Shown piece after piece: positions 33,006 through 43,020 of a stretch of DNA of 64,000 bases (position 1 is the first letter of the stretch; every line of letters starts with the position of its first letter). The notes under the pieces are model-generated. The model had not been told where the DNA came from. It saw only the letters and a list, made by a program, of their open reading frames with translations, and made no database searches. Position numbers and translations under genes: made by a program. The stretch comes from Epithemia pelagica (lineage: Eukaryota > Protista > Bacillariophyta). The stretch lies in assembly GCA_946965045.2 (NCBI GenBank), contig OX337230.1, positions 3,224,001-3,288,000 on the forward strand, read 5' to 3'.

Positions 33006-34346
33006 CTATTCATCTTCGTCGACTTCATCAGATTCGTCATTGCGTTGTATGGTATTGCGCAGAGGACAAACAAGTTTTTTCTCCTGAATCCGGACAGCCA
33101 TAGAGTGCCGTGTCATAGAATGCCCCTTAGGCAATGGTCTTTGTACGACATTGCCATTATCATCGTAGAGCATCGGGTTCCCATTTTCATCCACCGGTTG
33201 TGATGGTAGTGCAGATGTTTGGCCACTCTCACCATCTGGATGTCCATGATCTTCAGTCATCATTTGAGAAAGTGCATCGCCTTGCTCCAACCGGTACTTA
33301 ACAACATAGTTGTGAAGTCGGGCTATGGCCATTACACGTGTACGAAGATTTTTTGTTGGTTGGCGTGCCTGTTGAAGGAACCTCCATTTCATCTGCATTA
33401 GGCCAAAGGCCATCTCGATCCTAATTCGCAGCTGAGAGGCGAAAAAGTTGAAATTATCATGTAGCGGGTCATCGCGGTTAACACCGTAGAAAATAGGTAC
33501 CATCCGTTCTGTTGGATGGTATGCGGCATCACCAATGGCACAATATCCGTCGGGTAAATTGTCAATTGCTGGACCCAAGGAGCACTGGTCAATGGCCACC
33601 TTGTCATTTTGACTACCAGGTCCTGCGAGAGCAAAGTATACAAACATTGAATTATGGTCACACGCAGCTTGCACATTAATGCCAAATTTCTTGTAATGAC
33701 CTGAGTAGTATTGCCGTTGGTTGCCTGCTATTTTCTTGCTAGGTTGTTCAATGTGAAGTAAATATCCGTCGACAGCAGCGACGCAGTTGACTATGGCTTC
33801 GTCAAAAGAGATGCTTCGAAAACCCAAGGCAGCTTTTTGGCATTCCTCCTCTGTTCTTGGAAAGCAAAACCTTAACTTGTCACAGTCTACTATTGCCTGG
33901 CAGACTTCACGAACTAGGTCGTAGGATGTGGATCTGGGTATATCAAACAGCCGTCGTATGTCGTGCATTGAGCCACCAGCAAGGAAGCGAATTGTCACGT
34001 ATAGTCGTAATTCCGAAGCAATTACACCACCACGTAGAGCCCCCATTTCTTCATTTTTGCTGAGAAACTCTTCAAGGATTTCATGAAGAGCTTCAAAAGC
34101 CTCCAAGGGCATTCTGATGCTCTTCACAAAGTCTTTTGGGTCCCTTGCCATTTGGGCTCGGGCGAAGGTAGACCATCTGAGTCGCTCAATCGGTATAGGA
34201 CTTTGATTCCGAGGGATTGGGCTTCTCTTCTTGCGTAGATTTTTGGTAAGTGAATAAAACTCTATCAGCTTTAGTTAGTGGAGGAAGTCTTCTTCGTCAC
34301 CTTCCTCTTCCATCGCCTCTGCCTCTAAGTACTTCGAGTAGATCAT
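33006..34346 (-). CDS. Harbinger DDE_Tnp_4 transposase; in-frame TAA at codon 24, with a 381-aa ORF from ATG 34151
   Basis: FLAGGS, VAAVDG, YSGHYKKFGINVQAAC, IGDAAY, RIRIEMAFG. Confidence 0.9.
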
Positions 34347-34546
34347 GGTTTTTCGTTTGATTGTTGTTTGGCTGTTGGAAGCACATGGATGAGCCTTGGG
34401 GGAAGACTGAGGTTTTGTGTGAAATCGATTTCACACCTATTGCCATCGATCGGACCCTTGTTTTTCACACCCTAAAAACTGTGACATTTGGAAGCTGGAT
34501 TTGTGTGAAATGAGTGAAATTTCACGCTCGATAAGACCGACCCTGA

Positions 34547-34656
34547 CTGGAGGAGGAATGGCCAGATGGTGGAAGAGTCATGTCGCAGTGTCAAGAACGC
34601 GAACCGGGAATGGAACGTGGTGACACGTATGGCGGGATCCATATAGGGGTACCGCA
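34547..34656 (-). repeat. Gypsy 3' LTR, part 2
   Basis: Identical to 40034-40143. Confidence 0.95.
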
Positions 34657-34737
34657 CTCTACCTCTCCCTGGTCGGACCTAGGGAGTTCGAGCGGGACAA
34701 GAATGGGAAAGCTTGGAGGCCAGCATTAAAACCCATT

Positions 34738-36342
34738 TTATTCACGAAATGGAACAAGGCGACAAATGTTGATTCGTTCAGTGACGTGGGGACCACGTTG
34801 GATAGTCACAGTGCCATTGGAATGGACCTGTGTAATCCGAAAGGGATTGGGGCTTGTGCGAAGCTCAAGCTTGTCCGGATTCGTGGCGCGGAGCAACACA
34901 CGATCGTTGACAGCGTAATCATGAAAGACACGAGAACGATTTGCGAGACGAGCGCGTTCATCGACAATCTGTTGTCGTTTCAGACGGACTGTTTCCATGT
35001 CCGCGATAATAGGGATGTCGAACAGCATGTCGCGATGGAACGCAAGGCTGCCGGGAGAATATTTCAAGGCGCCATGAATGGCAGTGCGAGTGGAATACGC
35101 AGCGGTCTGCAGAGCAGTATCCACGGCAAGTGTAGCATTGTGCGCATCTTGTGGTGGTTCATAGTTGGTGATCACACGAAGAGTGTTGCCAACAGTCAAA
35201 TGTAAGCGCTCGCAAAGAGCATTTGATTGAGGATTCTTGGCCGTCAACGGCACTGGCTTAATGCCATGGTTTCGAAGAACTTGCGTGAACGCATGTCCGA
35301 TAAATTCACCGCCTTGATCAAAAAGGCAACGAACGGGACGTGGATAGCGTGAGAGCCACGCGTTTTCCAATTGAAGACCCACGTGACGTGCCGTCTTGTC
35401 ATGGATGCGAATGAGTTCGCAGAAATTAGTGACATTGTCGATAATAGTCAAGGCTTGAAATGTTAATTTCTGCCCATGAACGGTGACGTTCCACGGTCCA
35501 ATGAGGTCGACAGAGATGTCAGCCCATGGATTGCCTCGGACCTCGCGAGGAGGGAGTTCACCGTAATGGCGATGTATGACTTTAGAGCGTTGGCATGTAG
35601 CACAACTAGTCACGGCTTGTTCACAATACAAACCCAAATTAGGATGACTCATGTGCATAGAGATCGTCTCACGAAGACGTGTAGACCCCAAGTGATTGAG
35701 GGACAGGTGATACCAATTGACGGTATGTGCCAAGAGGCTGTCTGGGATACGAATACGCCATGCGGCATTAGGATTCTGACGATAACAAATCAAGTTGTAT
35801 TGTGGGTTTTCCGTAGGGAAGGGTTGGAGATGGAATCTCTGTGGTTGTTTGGTCAACTTGGCCACAAGAGCGGCATCGTTCTGTTGGTGTTGATGGATCG
35901 TCGCGTAATCGACGGGCAATGGTTGATTTGCGTTGATGGGAGGATGATTGAGGTAGACATCGATCAAATCCTCATCCATGAAGATGGGAGATTCGAAAGC
36001 GTCAGGATCACGCGAGTGATGAGAGCGGGGGTCATCATTAGGGCCATGAGGCACTTGCAACACTGAGTGTTGTCCGCTATGATCATAGAGCGATCGTGGA
36101 TGCGGCGAGGCATCCGTAGAGGAGGTCGACGACGGAGAGACACTCTTCTCCTCCTCTTCAGAGAGAGGGAGACGCGACAAGGCGTCGGCGATGACATTGT
36201 CCTGGCCAGGGACGTAGTGAAAGATAGGGTTATATTCCTCGAGGAACAACCGCCAACGGAGGACCCGTTGCGAGTTGAGCGTTGCGTAGGTGAGATTTTT
36301 ATGGTCCGTATGGACGTGCAGTTCGGCACAGCCGAGAAGCAT
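34738..36342 (-). CDS. pol: Gypsy Pol: RNase H C-part and integrase
   Basis: HTDHKNL, ADALSRL, HLG..CATC, ISVDLIGPW, LTIID, FDQGGEF, NPQSNALCERLH. Confidence 0.93.
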   Translation of the reverse strand: MLLGCAELHVHTDHKNLTYATLNSQRVLRWRLFLEEYNPIFHYVPGQDNVIADALSRLPLSEEEEKSVSPSSTSSTDASPHPRSLYDHSGQHSVLQVPHGPNDDPRSHHSRDPDAFESPIFMDEDLIDVYLNHPPINANQPLPVDYATIHQHQQNDAALVAKLTKQPQRFHLQPFPTENPQYNLICYRQNPNAAWRIRIPDSLLAHTVNWYHLSLNHLGSTRLRETISMHMSHPNLGLYCEQAVTSCATCQRSKVIHRHYGELPPREVRGNPWADISVDLIGPWNVTVHGQKLTFQALTIIDNVTNFCELIRIHDKTARHVGLQLENAWLSRYPRPVRCLFDQGGEFIGHAFTQVLRNHGIKPVPLTAKNPQSNALCERLHLTVGNTLRVITNYEPPQDAHNATLAVDTALQTAAYSTRTAIHGALKYSPGSLAFHRDMLFDIPIIADMETVRLKRQQIVDERARLANRSRVFHDYAVNDRVLLRATNPDKLELRTSPNPFRITQVHSNGTVTIQRGPHVTERINICRLVPFRE

Positions 36343-38381
36343 GGAGCGGAACTCCTTAAGGGTTTCGACAATGGAGAGTAATCCTTTTCCATAGTAGTGT
36401 AGTTGCGTTGAGCAGGGTTTAACTTGCGAGAGTAATAAGCGACGGGAACGTCTTGTTGCATGATTACAGCACCAAGCTGGTAATCAGAGGCGTCCACATA
36501 GACATGGAAGGGAAGGTTATGGTCGGGATACCGAAGGAAGGCATCATGTGCGAGCATGGACTTGGCTTGTTCGAAAGCACGTTGACATTGCGGGGACCAA
36601 ACGAGGGTCTTGTTACCCGTAATGGATGTGAGGGGAGCAAGAATATGAGATCGTTGCGGATACATGTGGCGATAGAAATTGATCATGCCAATGAAGGAAC
36701 GTAGTTCTTTCATAGTTTTTGGCGGAGCCAATGCCAAGATGGCAGAAATCTTCTTTTTCCAGGGTTTGATCCCAGTGGGCGTGAGCCAATGGCCGAGCCA
36801 TTCCGTTTCTTTAACGGCCCATTCACATTTGGAAGGGTTAATGGAGAAGTTCTTGTCTTGAAGACGTTGGAGAACTTTGGACAGGATGTCCACATGTTCT
36901 TCCCAAGAATTGGAGAAGATGCCAATGTCATCAATATAGACTTCGACATGGTCGCTGAAGTCCTTGAGGACGTCTTCCATGATCTCCTGACAGAAGTCAG
37001 GGGACTGTTTAACACCCATCGGCAAGCGACGGTAACGGAATTTGCCAAAAGGCGTGGTAATGACGCAAAGATTACTGGATTCCTCATCGAGGCGGAATGT
37101 GTAAAAACACATGGAGATGTCTAACTTCGTAAAGTACTTGTAGCCTTTCCGTTTACGGAGCATGTCCTCGATACGAGGAAAGGGGTAGACCCGACGGTAG
37201 AGTTGAGCGTTCAAAGAACGAAAGTCCGAAATCATTCGGATACGGCCATCCTTTTTAGGAATGGCAAAGTGAGGAGCAGCCCATTCGGTGGAACCGACGC
37301 GCTCTAGGATGCCGATGTCGACAAAGCGCCACAGCTCCTTGGTAAAGGTATCGTGTATGTTTCGAGGGACCGAGAAATGACGATGATGGACCGGCTGGGC
37401 ATCAGGTTTGAGATGGAGATGGAGCGTTCGATCCGGATACTCACGGAGCTCGCCATCAAAGATTTTGCCACAGTCTTGCCAAATGGCAAGAAGATCTTGC
37501 TTTTGGGTATCGGTAAGATGTTCTTGTTGATTAATCAACTCTTGTAGATCCGTAGGAACGTAATTAGAATCCAAGAGGAATTGATCACCAATAATGGGAT
37601 CGTCGGCAAAGATGTCGATGAAATGAGACATGAATGTCTGGTCAGTGGCGAATGAATCGCGATGACGCATAGCGACATCAACGGAGTCCCAAGTTGTGAG
37701 ACCAGTGTGAAAATTGAGCACAATGCCCAAGCGGCGCAAAAGATCACGACCAATAATGATGTCATAACGACAAGTGGGGGCATCAAAGATGTCGGCCCAA
37801 AGAGGGTATGAAATGTGTTTGGTCCGAGAAAACTCGGGTAGAACCAAATCTTCGAGAAGAATCTCGGAGACGTGGTCGCGCGTACCCATGGTGGTATTGA
37901 CAGACCGATTGGTTACACGTGGATGCATGCCGGGCTGAAGACAACGCGCGTGCAGGATCGTCTTGTCGGCGCCTGAATCGAGCAGGGCACGCAACGGGAC
38001 GGTGTTCTCGACTCCACCAATGGACCGAGCCATCAAAATGGTGAGGGGAACAGACGGAGGCTCAGAGGGAGCGACCGATAGGGGACTAGATAAACTAGGA
38101 GCGTCAGAGACAGAACTAGATGAGTAGACATCTTCATAGTGATCTAGGTCAGATAAAAAACCATTATTGGGATCAACGATGTCAGCGATGACAGCATCCG
38201 TAGGATTAAGACAAGGGGAAGCGACAGTATTCGTCGTTGCCTCCAGAGGAGGACAAGTCGTAGATGTGGGCGATGTCCATGTTACGCTCTTGTACAATTG
38301 TTCGCGGACCTCGAGAATTGGGGCCTGAGGATGGCATTCTCGGCCGGCATAGCCTGTGGAGGGCCAGTCTGGATGTGACAT
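35964..38381 (-). CDS. pol: Gypsy Pol: protease, RT and RNase H N-part (frameshift near 36380)
   Basis: LRALLDSGA, WAAPHFAIPKKDGRIRMISDFR, YIDD, YVDASDYQLGAV, NYTTMEK. Confidence 0.93.
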   Translation of the reverse strand: MSHPDWPSTGYAGRECHPQAPILEVREQLYKSVTWTSPTSTTCPPLEATTNTVASPCLNPTDAVIADIVDPNNGFLSDLDHYEDVYSSSSVSDAPSLSSPLSVAPSEPPSVPLTILMARSIGGVENTVPLRALLDSGADKTILHARCLQPGMHPRVTNRSVNTTMGTRDHVSEILLEDLVLPEFSRTKHISYPLWADIFDAPTCRYDIIIGRDLLRRLGIVLNFHTGLTTWDSVDVAMRHRDSFATDQTFMSHFIDIFADDPIIGDQFLLDSNYVPTDLQELINQQEHLTDTQKQDLLAIWQDCGKIFDGELREYPDRTLHLHLKPDAQPVHHRHFSVPRNIHDTFTKELWRFVDIGILERVGSTEWAAPHFAIPKKDGRIRMISDFRSLNAQLYRRVYPFPRIEDMLRKRKGYKYFTKLDISMCFYTFRLDEESSNLCVITTPFGKFRYRRLPMGVKQSPDFCQEIMEDVLKDFSDHVEVYIDDIGIFSNSWEEHVDILSKVLQRLQDKNFSINPSKCEWAVKETEWLGHWLTPTGIKPWKKKISAILALAPPKTMKELRSFIGMINFYRHMYPQRSHILAPLTSITGNKTLVWSPQCQRAFEQAKSMLAHDAFLRYPDHNLPFHVYVDASDYQLGAVIMQQDVPVAYYSRKLNPAQRNYTTMEKDYSPLSKPLRSSAPCFSAVPNCTSIRTIKISPTQRSTRNGSSVGGCSSRNITLSFTTSLARTMSSPTPCRVSLSLKRRRRVSLRRRPPLRMPRRIHDRSMIIADNTQCCKCLMALMMTPALITRVILTLSNLPSSWMRI

Positions 38382-39799
38382 TGCTGAGCAAAAAGAACAT
38401 CAAGATGATGAGAAATATCCGGAGAGGATGAGGTAGAAAAGGAAGAAGAACACATACCGGGGACCGTTCGATCGGCATTGCGGAGACTTGACCAATCACG
38501 GATATCCGTGAGAGGGCGTTGACGAGCACGATAAGCCGCGTCTTGCACAGAAGGCAACGGCTCGGCCAACGACGGATCAACCGGTGGATTGTCGCCTGTG
38601 TTGGTGCCTTCAGAGGCATGCTGGTCTGAGCCAGATCCAGAACGACGGGGAACAGCGCCCCAACTGGAACCAATAGGGCGCGATCCTCCAGACGAGGGAG
38701 TTCCCTGGCTACGAGAGCCTTGGCCGTTACGGCCTTGGTTCTGAGAACCATTGTTGGGGTGAGACCCAGTAGGGGTACGGAGACCCGACCCGGTACGGGC
38801 TAGAAAGGCGTTGAAACGCTCTTGGTTAAAATTGGAGGACTGCGGGTTGTAGATGCAGTTGGCCCAAGTATGATTGGCGTGCGAAGGAATCGCGTCCTTG
38901 TAAGGACAGGCATCGCCGTCATTGACGGGACGATCACCGGACGCTTGGCGTCCACCATTGGACTGGCGGTTGCCGCCGCGAAGACCGCCACGGCCACCAT
39001 TAGAGGAGCGAAAACGCTTAGTAGAACCACGAGAAGTGGAATCATCGCGAGGATTGCGGGACTTGGCCTGGGGCTGTGCATTGGCAGCCATCTTCTCTTG
39101 GGAGGCCCGTTGATAGCCACGCATCGCATGAAGGAGGTCGGTGACGTTGAAATGGTTCACCAAATCTGCAACCAAGGGATTGGCCGTCTTGAACTCGTTG
39201 CACCAAGCAACAGGGGAGCCGAGATAGAAGGCTTGCTTCAACTCATCGTCAATGAGGGATTGGACAGCGTTGTCGTTAGACAAATAACGAAGACCGTTGG
39301 AAATCTTCTGGAGGGTGTGATAATGGATATCCACGGTCATATCAGGTGGCTTGCGAGGACCGCTAAGAAGGTGTGCCCGAAAGGCATTGACTTCGGAAAC
39401 CGTCAACTTGGGTTCGAAGATCGTAGCAATCAACCGTTTGAAACACGCCTCATCGAGGTCGGCGCCATCAGGCAAGGCCTGGAATGCATCATGAAACTTG
39501 TCCGCTACGAGACTTGTGGTAACACGGGGAAAGTAGGTGCAACAGGCAGCAAAGGGCTCTGGATGACCGGAGATCTTGACCTTATCAACAAAATGGAGGA
39601 CCCACAGGAAGAGATTCGAGGGCTCTTCGTCCACGCCATCGCAGAATGGCAAGAGACGGACGTAGCACTTGTCATCATCGTCGTCTTTCATCTTGAGGGT
39701 GGAAAGAGCAGAGGAAGAATCTGAAGCCGAGGCTTGATCAAAGCGCTTTTGAAAGCGTTGAACATCCGCAAGGGAGACGAGGGAAGATCCTGTGCTCAT
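38282..39799 (-). CDS. gag: Gypsy Gag
   Basis: First ORF after the 5' LTR; CPY...H..HTWANC knuckle-like motif. Confidence 0.75.
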   Translation of the reverse strand: MSTGSSLVSLADVQRFQKRFDQASASDSSSALSTLKMKDDDDDKCYVRLLPFCDGVDEEPSNLFLWVLHFVDKVKISGHPEPFAACCTYFPRVTTSLVADKFHDAFQALPDGADLDEACFKRLIATIFEPKLTVSEVNAFRAHLLSGPRKPPDMTVDIHYHTLQKISNGLRYLSNDNAVQSLIDDELKQAFYLGSPVAWCNEFKTANPLVADLVNHFNVTDLLHAMRGYQRASQEKMAANAQPQAKSRNPRDDSTSRGSTKRFRSSNGGRGGLRGGNRQSNGGRQASGDRPVNDGDACPYKDAIPSHANHTWANCIYNPQSSNFNQERFNAFLARTGSGLRTPTGSHPNNGSQNQGRNGQGSRSQGTPSSGGSRPIGSSWGAVPRRSGSGSDQHASEGTNTGDNPPVDPSLAEPLPSVQDAAYRARQRPLTDIRDWSSLRNADRTVPGMCSSSFSTSSSPDISHHLDVLFAQQCHIQTGPPQAMPAENAILRPQFSRSANNCTRA

Positions 39800-39927
39800 A
39801 ATGAGACTGCAAAAGAAAGAAAAGGAAAGGAATCAAAGGATGATAAGATCAACGAGGATCGGCCAAAGAACGGCAGGTGGTTATGGTGAAAGAGTGTTGG
39901 GGGAAGTTTTCGAGCTTCTGATCAGAG

Positions 39928-40143
39928 TGCCATACCCATGTAAAATAGCACGGTATAAAAATTGTGATCTTTAGGAATTACGAGGAATTAGGGGGGATGA
40001 GGAATCCACAGTGCCACGTGCGACGAGAAATGACTGGAGGAGGAATGGCCAGATGGTGGAAGAGTCATGTCGCAGTGTCAAGAACGCGAACCGGGAATGG
40101 AACGTGGTGACACGTATGGCGGGATCCATATAGGGGTACCGCA
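39928..40143 (-). repeat. Gypsy 5' LTR, 216 bp
   Basis: TGCCATACCC...GGTACCGCA. Confidence 0.95.
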
Positions 40144-41155
40144 ATCTCCTCATAAAAATGCGAACTCCGAGTGTCAAAGCTCAATCTCTATCGGTACTCG
40201 TCTGGGTTTTTCCATCCAGTGAGAACTAACATAGGAGTCTCATACTTCTGGGTAGTAGTGTTACGGATTGAGCGCGACCGCGCATTTTGGTGCGCTACAA
40301 TATGGCACGAGACGCTGAAGCTATGTCGGGCTGCCTTCAACCTCCAGCAGCAGCAGTTTGGAGTTTGGAGGCATCATCAATACTCCTAATTATTATCGTC
40401 CATCCTCTTCTTCTGCCGATCATTTGTCTACTTGTACACCTCGTCTCCTATTGATGAGAAGAAGGACAAGAGCTACTAATGATCCAGTGAGTGACCTTCC
40501 GTTGGATAGTGGTTCTATCATTTGCAGCGTCAACAACAAAGTGCCCAGGTCATTTCGGCGGTGCGAAGACACACATACTATGATGTGTTACGCCTACAAC
40601 TCTGGTGAATAGGACTAGAACTTGCCTCCATCGTGGGAAAACTGGAGAAAAGACTTTTGTCCCTTATTCCGGCACCAAGGGTGGAAGAGGAGCAGAAGCA
40701 GCCGCAGCAGCAGATGGGTCCAGAACCAACTCTTGACACCTCGATTGAAGATTCGAATTCAAGTCATTGTATGATGATCGATGAGATAGTTCTCTGCCAA
40801 GCTGCTTCTAGTTGCTCAGAATCAACTTGGACCATGATTCGCATCCGTTCATATGCAACGCATTGATAGTAGGTTGTGATGCTCCAAACTCCGGAACATG
40901 TTCAAGCTATTGCCTCTTTCCACACTCGCGGGACAGAGGGCTTCGATTGTTTCACGCAAGACCTTTCCTGCCTGAAGTGAGGAGCAAGCCGGACCCTTTG
41001 TTCTGTTCTGCACATGAGAGTGAAGCCATTTCCCGGAACAAACAATACCAGAATACCGGGCAGTTTGCCGTCTATTTCTTGACATGAGGAAAAGCGACAC
41101 GGCGATCCCTCCTGTTGAAGTCAATCTGTCGCTGTCGGTGCCGCTATGACGTGAA

Positions 41156-42520
41156 TCACGGCTGTTCGAAAGGCTTCATGGATGACGGTTCCCTCTTCTC
41201 ATCCCAATGCGCTTCCACGAATGCACTCCCTTCTTTGTGGAGCAAGTGGAAATACAGCAACGTATTCCACAGTAGTTGGACGCGGTTCAATTGTGTTGTG
41301 CTCACATGCAACCTCTTGCGAGATAGATCTGGGACGTAAGGTTTGGTCATGTTTCTCGGGTTTTGACTCCACTTGTGCAGTTGCTGATGTTGCAAGTCGT
41401 CCCTACAAGAGGCAAGGCCCTCCCACGACACTTCCACGAACGAACAGGTTTCGATCGAATCCAAGCGGTTCACGGGTGATCCACCAACGACCAGCAGAGT
41501 TTGTGCGCCAGGTCTGGTGGACATTGTGTTCATCGCCACTATGGTACACCCATGCCGAGGTTCTGAAAGGTTCGGCAGTCTCCAAATTTTGCCACGCTTG
41601 GGATCAACGACTTCCACTGACGACAGCAGCGTGTTGTGATTGCTATACCCTCCTGCGACAACAATCAACGAAGAGAAACAAGACGTACTATGCATACAAG
41701 TGACGGCATGTCCAGCTCTAGCATCTTCCAAGGCCAGGTCTGCTTGAGTTTTCCAGCATGGAGACTGCCATGGTTTTGCCCGAGCGCACTTGTTGCGACA
41801 AGCGTCTTCCAACCAGTCATTGAATGAGAAAACCTCGATGCTGTTCATACGCTCGTGGTTGTTATTCATGCCACCCAAAACCCAGATTTGAGGGCAATCA
41901 ACCGGGCCATGGTTGAGCACAGCAGCTCCGCAGCACCACCGTGCCGAGTTCATGTCCGGACCAGGTTCAAGTACGACCACAACCGCAGCGCTCTTTTCTG
42001 GATGGGTGTAATCCACATGCTCTGTGTCAATTACATCCACGGATGATAAGCCACCTTGACCATTGTAACCACCGATTACGACAATGAAACGATCATGGAT
42101 TGCGACTGCCGCACAACCACATCGTGCTTCCGACATTCGGCACTCGAGTGTTTCCCATTGATTTGTGACATGATGCCTGGGAGAATAACCTACAAGATGA
42201 GATACCGGGATTTGTTCGATTGTATCGAGGCGATTGACTCTGCCAGTCATCCCTTCGTTCATGGTGGACATCCCACTGTGTCCTTGATCGACAGGACTGT
42301 GCACTACATGGTATCCTCCCATAGCATAAACACAGTCGCCACAACGTACGGCCGCCAATCCACGCCGCTTTGCGTTCAGCGAGGTCCCTGGACGCCATTG
42401 TTTTTGCGGACCAGTTTCGTCAAGACTCAAGAGAAGAACGGAATCCGTAATATGCCCATGGTTCAAACCTCCCAGAATAGCAATTGTTGTACTTCTACTG
42501 TTTGCGTTGCGCAACGCCAC
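41156..42520 (-). CDS. Kelch-repeat protein
   Basis: Repeated R.G.A....YAMGG / VIGGYNGQGGLSSVDV / VAGGY...LSSVEV motifs. Confidence 0.88.
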   Translation of the reverse strand: MALRNANSRSTTIAILGGLNHGHITDSVLLLSLDETGPQKQWRPGTSLNAKRRGLAAVRCGDCVYAMGGYHVVHSPVDQGHSGMSTMNEGMTGRVNRLDTIEQIPVSHLVGYSPRHHVTNQWETLECRMSEARCGCAAVAIHDRFIVVIGGYNGQGGLSSVDVIDTEHVDYTHPEKSAAVVVVLEPGPDMNSARWCCGAAVLNHGPVDCPQIWVLGGMNNNHERMNSIEVFSFNDWLEDACRNKCARAKPWQSPCWKTQADLALEDARAGHAVTCMHSTSCFSSLIVVAGGYSNHNTLLSSVEVVDPKRGKIWRLPNLSEPRHGCTIVAMNTMSTRPGAQTLLVVGGSPVNRLDSIETCSFVEVSWEGLASCRDDLQHQQLHKWSQNPRNMTKPYVPDLSRKRLHVSTTQLNRVQLLWNTLLYFHLLHKEGSAFVEAHWDEKREPSSMKPFEQP

Positions 42521-43020
42521 GCTGGCATGATCGCATCGACCGCCTCCCAGTAACTTGTCAATCTCCCATTGTCAGAGTCCGTTCACATCCCATGAGGTAT
42601 CCAAAGCATACCATGCCGATTTTAAAAGTTCCGTCATTGTTGGTTGCGTTCGGTGTTTGCTTCTGTGTACCTTTCTCATCTTGGTAGATGAGTCGTGGTT
42701 CGGTGTTCGGTTCGCTTCGTGAAGGCGAATGGGCCAGGGATGGCTCGACACTTGTTGGGTTCGGGTCTCTTGACATTTTCTACATCACAATCAAAATGGC
42801 AATCAACCACATACTAGAGGCTCGAAATAGAAGGACCCTTGTCCCCATCCGGTTGCATGTGGTGAATTGCGAGCTTGAGATAGAGATTCGGTAGTCGGAT
42901 TGACTTATGCTCTCATAAACAGAGTAGTGTTTTCGTTGCGCTACAATGTTCGACTCCATCCTCCATCCATTCTGAGGGGTCGTCATTGTAGAGGCAGAAG
43001 TATTGTTCAGTAGGTGTGTC

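Larger units (their letters stand above)
31402..34543. mobile_element. PIF/Harbinger DNA transposon, 3,142 bp
   Basis: TIRs GGGTCGGTCTTATCG(A)GCGTGAAATTTCAC; TGA duplicated at 31399-31401 and 34544-34546, single TGA in the intact LTR; two convergent ORFs. Confidence 0.96.
31296..40143 (-). mobile_element. Ty3/gypsy LTR retrotransposon, full length, with nested Harbinger
   Basis: 216-bp TG..CA LTRs; ATCTC TSD at 31291-31295 and 40144-40148; order gag-PR-RT-RH-INT on the minus strand; PPT AGGGAGAGGTAGAG next to 34656. Confidence 0.97.

Noticed and set aside
40171-41124. Short ORFs between the gypsy LTR and the Kelch gene
   Set aside because: No domain signal or clear gene structure.
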